Source: Elusimicrobiota bacterium
GTDB lineage: Bacteria > Elusimicrobiota > Elusimicrobia > F11
Length of the DNA: 64,000 bases
Direction: 5' to 3'
Assembly (NCBI GenBank): GCA_003140895.1
Contig: PLLH01000118.1
Coordinates: 11,494-75,493, forward strand
The notes beneath the pieces were generated by a model. It was not told the origin of the DNA, searched no databases, and saw only the letters and a program-made list of their open reading frames with translations. Every line of letters begins with the position of its first letter. The stretch's first letter is position 1. Shown here one piece after another: positions 37,572 to 47,243 of this stretch. Made by a program: the position numbers and the translations under genes.

Positions 37572-37740
37572 TTGTTTATATTAAACGAAAAGGAGCCTTC
37601 ATTCTAGTCGGATCGACCATTAATAAACGGTGTCAAAAAAGACGCCTGGTGTTGTAAAATCCCAAGTCGCCAAAGCCGGGGGTCGGGATTTCTCCTTAAG
37701 TCGCATCAAAGAAAATCGGCCCTCGCAAAAGGAGAGAGTC

Positions 37741-38124
37741 ATGACGGCATTGAAAATAATTCTTGCTGTTGATGATGAGCCTGGGTATCTGGAAGTGATT
37801 AAGTTTGAGTATTCAGGGAAAGGGTTCACAATTTTCTCAGCGAGAAATGCCGACGATGCCCTCGCGGTTCTCAAGAGAGAAAGCATAGATCTTGTTATCA
37901 CGGACATGAAGATGCCGGGCAAAGATGGGTTAGACCTGGTGATTCAGATTCGAAAAACCCTTCCGGATCTCCCCATTATTATCATGACGGGCTATGCGAT
38001 GGAAGATCGCCTTAAACGGGTTCTTGAATTTAAACGAACCGTTCACATCCATAAACCATTCGACCTTGATAAGTTGGGGGCCACCGTATCTCAACTCCTG
38101 TCTGAAGAAAAACTCCTGTCCTAA
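37741..38124 (+). CDS. Single-domain response regulator (CheY-like receiver only).
   Basis: ILAVDDEPGYLEVIK ... DLVITDMKMPGKDGLDLV ... IIIMTGYA. ATG at 37741 preceded by AAAGGAGAG. The ORF track N-extension from 37630 lacks an RBS. Confidence 0.8.
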   Translation: MTALKIILAVDDEPGYLEVIKFEYSGKGFTIFSARNADDALAVLKRESIDLVITDMKMPGKDGLDLVIQIRKTLPDLPIIIMTGYAMEDRLKRVLEFKRTVHIHKPFDLDKLGATVSQLLSEEKLLS

Positions 38125-38157
38125 TCAATCCAACCATAGTGATAACGAAGGGATGAA

Positions 38158-39267
38158 TTAGCGAATTTTCTTAAAGAAGGTCGGGCCGTTGATTCGGGGA
38201 ACAACCTTGAAGATGAACGGGTGAGTGAGAGCCATTGTATTGAAGGAACCGGCGGCCGGCTCCTTTAGTTTGAAATAAACAATCCGCGCTGGTTTTCCCT
38301 CCCAGCTGGTTTCTTCCACCTTGGCGATTTGAAACGCGAAGCCTCCGCTGTTTTTAACACCTGCGAAAAGAGCGATCACTTGATTGTTTTTGAAATCAAC
38401 GCGAGGACTCGTCGCCGGCGGGGTTTGAAATTCTGCATGATTTTTCCATATCTTTTCCCATGCGTCTTGTTTCGAAATGACGGTTTCAAGGGGCTCTATA
38501 ACCCCGCTATTTTGGCCGCTTAATTCCTGGAAAGGCGGTTCTGCAGCGGCCGAATCCGCAACGGGTTGCGCTTTCATTTTTTCCTCTTGTTTTTCTATCC
38601 CGATCTTATCGCTTTGAGTTCCTTTCAAGAGCAACTGTTTTTCCGAGCGCGGGGCGACAGCGACAGACGCAGAGTTTAATGCGATCGCTTGTGGTTGAAC
38701 CGATTTTTCGCCCAGGGCTGGCGGAACGCCGAGGGTCTTGGATTGAAGATTCATGGCCCATCCCTGATGCCCCTCTTTCTTCTGATCCAGCAGAGGCGTT
38801 GCCGGGAGGTTGGTGAGAGCGTCCGTTTGGGGTTCGCGAGCGATTTCTTTATGACGAGATTGGACGGGGACGGCTTGTTGACGGGTCGAAAAGGTCAGCG
38901 TGTCGTCCGGGATATTTCGAATGACCATCACAGCCAGAACCCCGGCCACGGCCCATCCCAACGTTTTATAAAAGGGAAAATGAAACGATCCATGAGAAGG
39001 CTCTGCTCGTTTTATTTTTTCCGGTTTTTGTTTTTCTTGAACCGAAGCGGGACTCAACCATTGGTTCAGTATTTTCTTTTCCAGCCCTGATGGGATCTCC
39101 ACGGTCGGAACGGCTTTTAACAGGCGGATGTTGTGTTGAATCTCGTCCAGATGGCGGCGACACCCCAGGCAAAAAATCAAATGGGACCGGACCTTCTCCC
39201 TTTGCGGCGTGGAGAGGGTCTCGTCAACATAATCCGTTAATAAGTCAGTGATGTGGTTGTCGATCAT
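38158..39267 (-). CDS. Anti-sigma factor (zinc-finger type, single TM helix).
   Basis: N-terminal HLIFCLGCRRHL zinc-finger-like motif, TM helix LGWAVAGVLAVMVI, and 4-nt overlap with the ECF sigma gene. Confidence 0.6.
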   Translation of the reverse strand: MIDNHITDLLTDYVDETLSTPQREKVRSHLIFCLGCRRHLDEIQHNIRLLKAVPTVEIPSGLEKKILNQWLSPASVQEKQKPEKIKRAEPSHGSFHFPFYKTLGWAVAGVLAVMVIRNIPDDTLTFSTRQQAVPVQSRHKEIAREPQTDALTNLPATPLLDQKKEGHQGWAMNLQSKTLGVPPALGEKSVQPQAIALNSASVAVAPRSEKQLLLKGTQSDKIGIEKQEEKMKAQPVADSAAAEPPFQELSGQNSGVIEPLETVISKQDAWEKIWKNHAEFQTPPATSPRVDFKNNQVIALFAGVKNSGGFAFQIAKVEETSWEGKPARIVYFKLKEPAAGSFNTMALTHPFIFKVVPRINGPTFFKKIR

Positions 39268-39878
39268 GGATACCGTCCTCCCAGTCGCCGGTAGGTTTCT
39301 CGAAGCGCTTCTCGGGCCCGGAATAGACGTGATTTAACCGTTCCCATGTTCAAGTCCATCGTCTTGGCGATGTCCTCGTAAGATCTGTTTTCAATGTCTT
39401 TCAAGAGGATCACTATTTTGTCATCGGGATTTAATTTGTCCAGCGCTTTCATGATGAAGTGGTTGTTTTCCAATTCTTCAATTCGTTGATCGGGGCGCAG
39501 GGCCTTGTCGACCAGTTCGATCTCGGATTCGTTTTCCTCGGCATCCGTTGGCCCTTGAAGCGAAAAATGCATTCCAAAAAAGCGCCTTTTTTCATATCGA
39601 ACCCGATTTTTCCAAGCGTTGATGGCGATTCGGTGCAGCCATGTCGAGAAGGCGGCGTCTCCTTTGAATTTTTTAACGGCTTGAAACGCCTTAACAAAAA
39701 CCTCCTGGCACAAATCCTCGGCATCGGATTGATGAAGGCACAGTTTTAAACATAAGTTGTACACCCGAGGAAGCTCCGCTTTAACAAGCCGAGCCACCGC
39801 GTCGGGGTCCTCTTTTTGAATGAGGACCATCAATTCGTTTTGATCTGTTCGTGCCGCGTTTTCCATCAAGTTAGACAC
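39264..39878 (-). CDS. ECF (sigma-70 family group IV) RNA polymerase sigma factor.
   Basis: Region 2 (LCQEVFVKAFQAV ... FSTWLHRIAINAWKN) and region 4 (SYEDIAKTMDLNMGTVKSRLFRAREALR) are recognisable. 204 aa. Confidence 0.85.
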   Translation of the reverse strand: MSNLMENAARTDQNELMVLIQKEDPDAVARLVKAELPRVYNLCLKLCLHQSDAEDLCQEVFVKAFQAVKKFKGDAAFSTWLHRIAINAWKNRVRYEKRRFFGMHFSLQGPTDAEENESEIELVDKALRPDQRIEELENNHFIMKALDKLNPDDKIVILLKDIENRSYEDIAKTMDLNMGTVKSRLFRAREALRETYRRLGGRYP

Positions 39879-39911
39879 CCGTTTGAGAATAATGTTTCAT
39901 GAAAATGATTT

Positions 39912-40856
39912 TCAAGAAGAAACGACAGGCGGTTGCGTGAGTTCTTTGGGAAGGGCAAAGATCACATTTTCTTCTCGTACGAAGATTTCCTCCGTTTCAG
40001 CTCCATAGTCGCTCTTGAGGCGGTTGACAACGGATTGGACGAGATATTCCGGCGCCGACGCTCCGGCTGTCAGTCCCACGACGGAATCGGAGGCAAGCCA
40101 GGAGGCATCGATTTCAGAGGCTTTATCGATCAAGTAGGCTTTCACGCCTTGTTCCCGCGCCACTTCACAAAGCCGTCTTGAATTGGAGCTGTTTTGCGAG
40201 CCGACGACAAGGAGAACGTCAATTCCCTTCTTTAACAGTTCCCGGATGGCGTCCTGGCGGTTCTGGGTGGCATAGCAGATGTCATCCTTCGGCGGGGTTT
40301 GGGCCGACGGAAATTTTTTTCGGATGGCGGCGATAATTCCTTTCGCTTCATCGATGCTCAACGTCGTTTGAGTGAGGATCATGACCTTTCCCGGATTCGG
40401 GACGGATAAGGATGGCACGTCGTTCACATTTTGGACGAGCTGAATTTTGTCCGGCGCTTCTCCGACGGTCCCGATGACCTCATCGTGGTCTTTGTGGCCG
40501 ATCAACACGAGAGAATAGCCGTCTCGAATAAAACGGTGGACCTCGAAATGAACCTTGGTGACCAGGGGGCAGGTGGCGTCGATGGTTTTAAGGTCCCGCT
40601 CCTTGGCCTGCTCGCGGACATCCGGGGCGATGCCGTGCGCGCTGAAAATAACGCAGCTTCCACGAGGCGCTTCATCCAGCTCATCGATGAAAATAACGCC
40701 CCGCTCTTTAAAATCATCGACGACAGATTTATTGTGGACGATTTCCTTTCGGACGTAAATGGGCGAGTGGTGACGCTCCAGCGCCAAGTTGACGATCTCA
40801 ATGGCTCTTCGCACGCCGGCGCAAAATCCCCTCGGGGCGACGGTGAGGACCTTCAC
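39912..40856 (-). CDS. ispH: 4-hydroxy-3-methylbut-2-enyl diphosphate reductase.
   Basis: MKVLTVAPRGFCAGVRRAIEIV is the IspH/LytB signature. 314 aa. Confidence 0.9.
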   Translation of the reverse strand: MKVLTVAPRGFCAGVRRAIEIVNLALERHHSPIYVRKEIVHNKSVVDDFKERGVIFIDELDEAPRGSCVIFSAHGIAPDVREQAKERDLKTIDATCPLVTKVHFEVHRFIRDGYSLVLIGHKDHDEVIGTVGEAPDKIQLVQNVNDVPSLSVPNPGKVMILTQTTLSIDEAKGIIAAIRKKFPSAQTPPKDDICYATQNRQDAIRELLKKGIDVLLVVGSQNSSNSRRLCEVAREQGVKAYLIDKASEIDASWLASDSVVGLTAGASAPEYLVQSVVNRLKSDYGAETEEIFVREENVIFALPKELTQPPVVSS

Positions 40857-41527
40857 CGTATCAACTGAAAGAATTCATCCTGGAATTGTTCGAACAGGCC
40901 GTATTCCTTCAGTTTCTTCCCAAGAACAGGGACGAGGGCCCGATCTGTCTTGGCCTTCTGAATCAGCTGTTGGATTTCGCGTTCTTGGCGTTTGGTGGCG
41001 ACGTCCTCTTCGAAAAAACCGCGCTCGTGAAGTTCATTCACATTGGAGGTGAAAGACGAGAGCGTCTCTTCGACGATAAATTTCATGATCGATAGCTCCC
41101 ACAGTTTGTCGGTTCCCTTGATGATGGCCGATCGTGTCTGGCTCTGACGGTCGAAATCCTTGGTGAGTTCCGCGATGAGAACCGAGGGTGGAACCAACTC
41201 AACCCGGACGTTCTGCGGTTCATTCCGAAAATGATATTCCAAGCCCTTCAGCGCTTCTCCGTATTGGGCGATGAGCGAGTCGGCGTATTCTTGCGCGACC
41301 TCGCCGAACCCTTCAAAACGTTCTTTGAGGATGCGCGGGGTGATGATCTGGGGTTTGGCCGCCGTGACGCGGCCCATGCGAACGCGCGAACGGTCGGGAA
41401 GCCCCGGAACGTCGGTCACCAGTTGGTAAAGGATGTCGGAGGTTCCAAACGTCGATAACCGGTGTTTGGGAGGCCGCACCACTTGGATTTGTTGCATGAG
41501 TTTTTTGAACTGCGTGAAACTCGCCAT
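40853..41527 (-). CDS. Hypothetical protein.
   Basis: 224-aa ORF with a 4-nt overlap with ispH. No recognisable motif. Confidence 0.45.
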   Translation of the reverse strand: MASFTQFKKLMQQIQVVRPPKHRLSTFGTSDILYQLVTDVPGLPDRSRVRMGRVTAAKPQIITPRILKERFEGFGEVAQEYADSLIAQYGEALKGLEYHFRNEPQNVRVELVPPSVLIAELTKDFDRQSQTRSAIIKGTDKLWELSIMKFIVEETLSSFTSNVNELHERGFFEEDVATKRQEREIQQLIQKAKTDRALVPVLGKKLKEYGLFEQFQDEFFQLIR

Positions 41528-41654
41528 AGGCGCATTCTACTTAATTTTTCCCGGAGAGAACGTTCCGCGCGTGAGTCTTCTCCGCCCCATACATTGGGGT
41601 TGCAGAAAAGATAATATCAGGCCACGTTGACGCGATAAAAGGAGTTTTCACCAG

Positions 41655-42455
41655 ATGGAGCGGTTTGTGAGCGGTTCTGTCGTTCGTTGGCGCTGGTTCC
41701 ATGCGGCGGTGGTCTTGGCTGTTTCTTCTGCGGCGTTGGGCTTTTTTATGGGGCCAAAAGAGATGGCGGGGGCCTCTATGGGCGGGCTCCTCGTTGCCGG
41801 CCTTGGGTTGTATTTATGCTTTGTCCGATCCGATCAGTACCCTCCCCGATGGATCATGGCGGGGGCGGTCGTGATCCATATCGTTCTTCTGGGGGGCGCG
41901 GTGTTTCTTCAGAGGTTTTTCTTGAGCGCGTTGCCGTCCGGTTCCATGATTTTCCCCCCCTTGTCTCACACGTATCTTGATCCAGGGAAACGATTTCGCG
42001 TGCGAGGGCCGGAGCATTGGGATTACACGCCGATCGATTCATCCTTTGAACAGGGGGTCCTCATCAGCCCCGGTTCCCGTGGGGCGTATATGGGGGTTTC
42101 GGAGGTCCGTCTCTATTTGAAACAGTTGGATGAAGCGCCGGCCTCCAAAGAAGAGGCTCTTTCAAAAATGGCCGCTTGGGCTGATAACCCGCGCACCAAA
42201 GGAGACAAAGAGAAAAAAATTTCTTTTTCCGTCGATCCAGTGGATCTGTTGAATGGAGAAAAGGGCTTGTTCGCCGTGTTAGAGGCCAAGCGTTTTTGGG
42301 TTCCTGTTCGCCAGGTGACTCTTTTTGGCATCAAACGGGGCCGTACTCTTGTCACCGTCACGGCTGTTGGCCTCGCGTCCCACGCCGTGTTGGCCAAAGT
42401 GCTGTGTCTCGGCCTTTTCGAAAAAACGGTGCCCCTCGTCATCCCGTCGAATTAA
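41655..42455 (+). CDS. Hypothetical membrane protein.
   Basis: 266 aa with two N-terminal hydrophobic helices. No recognisable motif. Confidence 0.4.
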   Translation: MERFVSGSVVRWRWFHAAVVLAVSSAALGFFMGPKEMAGASMGGLLVAGLGLYLCFVRSDQYPPRWIMAGAVVIHIVLLGGAVFLQRFFLSALPSGSMIFPPLSHTYLDPGKRFRVRGPEHWDYTPIDSSFEQGVLISPGSRGAYMGVSEVRLYLKQLDEAPASKEEALSKMAAWADNPRTKGDKEKKISFSVDPVDLLNGEKGLFAVLEAKRFWVPVRQVTLFGIKRGRTLVTVTAVGLASHAVLAKVLCLGLFEKTVPLVIPSN

Positions 42456-42503
42456 ATAAATAAAGCCCTTCAAATCGCATGGATTTCTGGTTACAATATT
42501 TAG

Positions 42504-44648
42504 GTGACTCCGATTGACGATCACACTCCTTTTTCTCTAAGCCGATATCGATGGCAAATCAAAGAAATTGCCATCGTCTTGTTTGTCCTCGGCTTCTTCG
42601 GCGTTTATTCGAAGGTTCCCTTTGTTTCCCATATCGTGGATGCGGTTGTCGAACCCAGCGTCCGCGGTTTGTCTCTCGCCTACAGCAAACTCTCAACGTC
42701 GCTCTATAGCGCCACCAACCTTGATGCGGGCTTGGTCAATCCTTCGTTGGATCCTGACTTTCTCTTCCGCGTTCAATTGGCCACTTATGTCAATGAGCGG
42801 CGGGCGGGCCCCCTCCTTGATTTGGCCGACAACAAGCTGATTCCCCTGAGCCGCCGTGAAGCGGCCTTGCAAGCGCTTCATAAATTCGATTCTTCTTCCG
42901 AGTGGATTCAACCGTTCCTCAACGAATTGCCCAAGGGAGGCATGTTGGGGCTCTATGACGAGAAGTCTCCGCTGATTGACGAGTTGATGCGAAACATTCG
43001 AGAGGAAGGCGGAATCCAGAAGAGTTTGGTTAAAGCCTACGCCGAAGTGGTTTTTGAATTCATGATGCAGGTTCCTGATCGCGTGGTTCGCATTCACGCG
43101 GTCAAGTGGCTTTCCGATATCTTGCCTGAGGAGTCGATTTTTTTGATTGTGCGCCGGTTGCCCTATGAAACAGACCCCGATGTCCGGAATGAAATCGTGA
43201 ACGCTCTTTGGGATGTCAGAGCCATCTCGGACCCCTCCAAAGCGTTCAATTTGCTCATGCCGATTTCCCAGCAGCTTCCGTGGCCTGACCTCCGCCCGCC
43301 TCTCTCAGTGATTATGTATCGGTTAAGCCATTCCAAGACGAAAGGATATTTGGAATCAATGCTCAAATCGCCGACTCTGTCGGAAGATCAGAAGATCAGC
43401 ATCAGCGTCGCGTTGGCGCAGACGTCGTATCCAACGGAATTGAAACGGACAACGGAACGGCAAAAGAAATTGGATGATCGCCGAAAGATGCGCGAATCGC
43501 AGTATCTTCTCGCGAAAAACAAACAGCAGAAGATTTTAAAGGAAGAACAATTGGCGAAACTCGCCATGATGGCGGGGACCGCCGCCGATTTGTCCGAAGA
43601 AGTCATTGCCCCTAAAAAGACGGCCCTTCCCGTTCAAAAGAAAATAGGAGCGGCGTCTTCTGCGGGTGCGATTTCCAAAGCGAAAACATCCAAGCCGAAA
43701 GAGGCGGTCGTTTCTCCGCCCTCAGTGAAACCGGTGGCCGTTGTCGAGACGCCGAAGGAATCAGTTGCGCCGGCGCCGGCACAGGTGGCTTTGGCCCCCC
43801 AGATCCCTGTGTCCCTCCCCGCGCTTCCCGAACCTCCCGTGGAAGAGGTTAAGCACGGGTCTAACATGCGGACGGTCGATATCATTTTTGAAACGAAAGA
43901 CAAGGTTCCTCTCTATCAAAATCCCGGATACGATTCACCCACGGGCACCGCTTTGCCGTCGGGATCCAAAGGGAAGGCCAGCCTCGAATATGTGGATGGT
44001 GATGAGAAGTGGTATCAAGTGAAATCAAAGAAAGGAAGCGGCTGGGCGAATAGTCGACTGTTGACGATGTTTGATCTCGCTCCTCTGGCTCCCCCCATGG
44101 CCCCCCCGGTTGAAGAGGTTCAAATTCAACGTCAGGAAGACGACAAGACAGGAGAAGAGGAATCCCAGGAAAAAATTTATTTCGAAGCCAATATGGAAAA
44201 TGCGCCTGCCTATGAAAAGACGTCTGATCAGTCAACCGTCGTTGGACATCTGACGGAAGGTCAAATCTATTCGGCCACGCGTTCGGACAAGGTTGGGAAT
44301 GATCGGTGGTTCCTTTTGGAAATAAAGAAGGGAGAAAAAGGGTGGGTTCAAGGCTTTAATTTGCTGTTGGCGGACGCTCCGTCGGCGCCCGCGGCGTCAA
44401 AGCCGCTGGGTCGTCAGAACCAGTCCGCTTTTGCCGCTCGATGGATTGTGGCGGACGTCAAAGACGTGACGGTCTACGCCCGGCCTTCCATCGCCGGAAA
44501 ATCGATGAAACAGATTTCCCCTCCCACGGTCTATGAGGTTTTGGAATCCAACGAGGGCGGCGGGGATGAGTGGTACAAGATAAAACTTCCCAACGGAGGA
44601 GAGGGTTGGGTCAAGGCGATGGATGTTAACTTGACGAAGCCGAAGTAA
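42504..44648 (+). CDS. HEAT-like repeat protein with a Pro/Ala-rich linker and three C-terminal SH3b-like repeats.
   Basis: GTG start at 42504. PBS-lyase/HEAT-like DPDVRNEIVNALWDV. Three motifs of the form W[YF]..K....GW. (EKWYQVKSKKGSGWAN, DRWFLLEIKKGEKGWVQ, DEWYKIKLPNGGEGWVK). Confidence 0.55.
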   Translation: MTPIDDHTPFSLSRYRWQIKEIAIVLFVLGFFGVYSKVPFVSHIVDAVVEPSVRGLSLAYSKLSTSLYSATNLDAGLVNPSLDPDFLFRVQLATYVNERRAGPLLDLADNKLIPLSRREAALQALHKFDSSSEWIQPFLNELPKGGMLGLYDEKSPLIDELMRNIREEGGIQKSLVKAYAEVVFEFMMQVPDRVVRIHAVKWLSDILPEESIFLIVRRLPYETDPDVRNEIVNALWDVRAISDPSKAFNLLMPISQQLPWPDLRPPLSVIMYRLSHSKTKGYLESMLKSPTLSEDQKISISVALAQTSYPTELKRTTERQKKLDDRRKMRESQYLLAKNKQQKILKEEQLAKLAMMAGTAADLSEEVIAPKKTALPVQKKIGAASSAGAISKAKTSKPKEAVVSPPSVKPVAVVETPKESVAPAPAQVALAPQIPVSLPALPEPPVEEVKHGSNMRTVDIIFETKDKVPLYQNPGYDSPTGTALPSGSKGKASLEYVDGDEKWYQVKSKKGSGWANSRLLTMFDLAPLAPPMAPPVEEVQIQRQEDDKTGEEESQEKIYFEANMENAPAYEKTSDQSTVVGHLTEGQIYSATRSDKVGNDRWFLLEIKKGEKGWVQGFNLLLADAPSAPAASKPLGRQNQSAFAARWIVADVKDVTVYARPSIAGKSMKQISPPTVYEVLESNEGGGDEWYKIKLPNGGEGWVKAMDVNLTKPK

Positions 44649-45393
44649 ACCGGACTGTTTCAATCTCGTTTGTTTTGACCCATCCCTTCAGTCCTTGTTG
44701 AGGCACGCCGATTTGAATCCAATCCGGCCGTTGATTTAAAACGATCACTTTGCTTCCTTCCGGAACCGTGAATCCAACGGCGTAATCATTTCCCGGGCCG
44801 TTTCGCACTTCTCCCGGCGATTGTGTCACCACGGCCGCCGGCGTCTGTCCGAAGAAAAGGGAGAGGCCCAACCAAGAGGCGGTTAGAAGAAGAAAAAGCC
44901 CGGAGGTCCACAACGTCGCGGCCGGCCATAGTTCCCCTTCAATCCAACCCAATCTGAGCGCTCCGAACACACCGAAAAAAATCCAGAGAAGAAGGAGGAG
45001 TGTCGCGGCCAGCTCGTTTTCGGTGAACGTTGAAATGATGGATTGAATCAAGGGGTCTTTTTCATCTTTGAGATGAGAACGCGCCATGGCGAGATTAAAT
45101 TGGACATCGCCGTCCCTTGGAGAGAGCATGCGGGCCCGCTCATACCATAAAATCGCTTTCCCCCGTTCTCCTTTCCGATACGCGATATTCCCCAGGTTGT
45201 AGGCGAGCGCCGTTCCGCCGAACCCTTTTCGAACGAGCGTGGCATATATCTCCTGGGCTTTGTCCAAATCACCTTTCTCCAGGAGGGCGTTGGCTTGATT
45301 GAATTGCTCTTGTTCGATGAGGGCCGCTTTTGGAACGGCCGGAAGAAAAAGGGCCAGGAGGGCGCCGAGAAGAAGGGTCCGAGATGATGTCAT
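44626..45393 (-). CDS. BatE-like protein (TPR repeats, TM helices, C-terminal SH3 domain).
   Basis: Signal peptide, TPR region (AYNLGNIAYRKGERGKAILWYERA), two TM helices, and SH3-like GWVKTNEIE. It is the last gene of the Bat operon. Confidence 0.6.
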   Translation of the reverse strand: MTSSRTLLLGALLALFLPAVPKAALIEQEQFNQANALLEKGDLDKAQEIYATLVRKGFGGTALAYNLGNIAYRKGERGKAILWYERARMLSPRDGDVQFNLAMARSHLKDEKDPLIQSIISTFTENELAATLLLLLWIFFGVFGALRLGWIEGELWPAATLWTSGLFLLLTASWLGLSLFFGQTPAAVVTQSPGEVRNGPGNDYAVGFTVPEGSKVIVLNQRPDWIQIGVPQQGLKGWVKTNEIETVRFTSASSS

Positions 45394-47243
45394 GGTAAGA
45401 CCTCGTTTAACTGTTCCAATAATGTCTGGGTTTTTGCCAGACTGGCTTCGCGCGTTTCTTCCGAGAAGGTCGTTGTCCCGAATCGAACCATATCCGCCTC
45501 TTCCCAGATTTCCCGGAGGGATGTTCGCAGTTCAGCTGCGACTCCTTTTTCAGCCAGTTGCCGGTCCACTTCGTCCCACACCATTTCCGATGCGGGAATA
45601 GAGAGCTTGTCCGCGCAATATCCCTTCACGGCGGCATTAAGAACCCCGTAGAAATCCGTTGGGTCTTGCATGCGGAATAATTTTTTCGAATTTTTGAGTT
45701 TCTTCTTCGCTTTTCGGAGCGCTTCTCGGGAGCGGTAATGGGCGGCGTTGGTGATCCGTCTGTTCGTTCTCCATTCCGTTAAGACGGCGCCGAAAGCGAA
45801 AATAAGGGGCAGAAGAGCGGCGGTGATGAAAAGGCCGTCGGACAAAAGTCCGTCGGACAAGAACGGTTTTTTCCGGGAAGAAATTTTGCCGCTTTTCAGG
45901 AATCGAATGTCTTTCTCAACGACCTTAACCCCTTCGGTGGCTTGTCCCGCTCCTGGCGGCACAAAGGTTTCCGGAGCCCCTTGGGACGGCGCCCCGGGCT
46001 TGACGGTCAATGGAATCTCGTGGGTTGATTCAGTGACGTATTGGTTTTGTTCGGGATTGAAATAGGAAAAAGAAAGGGATGGAAGAGAAATTTGTCCTGA
46101 GACTTGCGGGATCAGGAGGATCTTAAAATCCTTCGAGCCGTGAATAAATTTTCCTTCATTGTTGATGTTGGATGAGGAGATGCCTTCATAGCGGCGAAAC
46201 GATCCCATCTCAGGCAGGGCCGGCTCTTTGATGGATTTTATATTCCCCACCCCTTCGATCTTGACGATCAAATTCAACGGTTTCCCGACTTCCAATGGGC
46301 CTCCGCCGGCATCGACGCTCGCGGCCATTTTGTATCGCCCCACGGCGCCGGTGAAATGGGCCGGTTTGTTTTTTGGAAGGGCCCTGACTTGAATGGGAAT
46401 GGCTCGCGTGTTCAGTTTCACCGTTTGACTGCGTCCGAAGAATCCCTGGAAGAAACCGTTGGGGTCGAACGGGTCGATTTGAGTGTGGACCGCCAAGTCA
46501 ACATTGGCGCTTCCAATCACGAATTCTCCGTCGGAGGTCGGGAAGAGGGCGTACCGGAGTTCCGTCACCTGATATTGGACCCCTTGGATGGTTGTCGTGA
46601 ATTCCTGTTGTTTCATCGGTTCGACGATAAAGCCCGTCATGTCGGGTTCTGAGTAGCGGGGTTGAGAGGCCAGGCGAATGTCCGGCCGCCGGATAAATTG
46701 GATGGATAAAAGAATTTGCTGTCCCACGTAGGCTTCTTTCACATCTGTGTTGGCCGTGAGAAAAACAGGCTTTAACCCTTCGGACGGGACGGAAATTGAT
46801 TTTGCCCCCGTTGAGTCTTGTTGGTTGGATTGGTTGGAGCCCGATGGCGTCCCTGTGCTTGATCCCGGGCGGACCGTGATGTTGATGGGCTGGCTGCTGG
46901 CCGACTTTCCGTCGCTGTTCAAATTGATGGGAGGGATTTGAAAGGTTCCCGAATTGGTCGGAGTCAGAATATAGTTGAAGGCGATGAGAGAGGACGATTG
47001 CCCATTGACCCATTGATACGATTGCGTTTGTCCCGCTGATTGAATTTGAAATCCGGGGATGGATGGGCTTGGCGCGTTGCTGACATTGGAGACGCCGGAA
47101 ATTTCAATGGTGAGCGTGATCGAATCGTTGAGTGAAATGTCCGTCGAACTGACTCGAGTGGCGATCTGCGGCTCCGCCCAAAGGCCCGCCGCCAGGAGAA
47201 GCCCGCTTCCAAGGAAGCCGATAAATTTAATCGTTTTCACCAA
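45390..47243 (-). CDS. BatD-like oxygen-tolerance protein.
   Basis: 617 aa with signal peptide, long beta-rich ectodomain, C-terminal TM helix and TPR-like tail. Position in operon matches BatD. Confidence 0.6.
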   Translation of the reverse strand: MVKTIKFIGFLGSGLLLAAGLWAEPQIATRVSSTDISLNDSITLTIEISGVSNVSNAPSPSIPGFQIQSAGQTQSYQWVNGQSSSLIAFNYILTPTNSGTFQIPPINLNSDGKSASSQPINITVRPGSSTGTPSGSNQSNQQDSTGAKSISVPSEGLKPVFLTANTDVKEAYVGQQILLSIQFIRRPDIRLASQPRYSEPDMTGFIVEPMKQQEFTTTIQGVQYQVTELRYALFPTSDGEFVIGSANVDLAVHTQIDPFDPNGFFQGFFGRSQTVKLNTRAIPIQVRALPKNKPAHFTGAVGRYKMAASVDAGGGPLEVGKPLNLIVKIEGVGNIKSIKEPALPEMGSFRRYEGISSSNINNEGKFIHGSKDFKILLIPQVSGQISLPSLSFSYFNPEQNQYVTESTHEIPLTVKPGAPSQGAPETFVPPGAGQATEGVKVVEKDIRFLKSGKISSRKKPFLSDGLLSDGLFITAALLPLIFAFGAVLTEWRTNRRITNAAHYRSREALRKAKKKLKNSKKLFRMQDPTDFYGVLNAAVKGYCADKLSIPASEMVWDEVDRQLAEKGVAAELRTSLREIWEEADMVRFGTTTFSEETREASLAKTQTLLEQLNEVLP

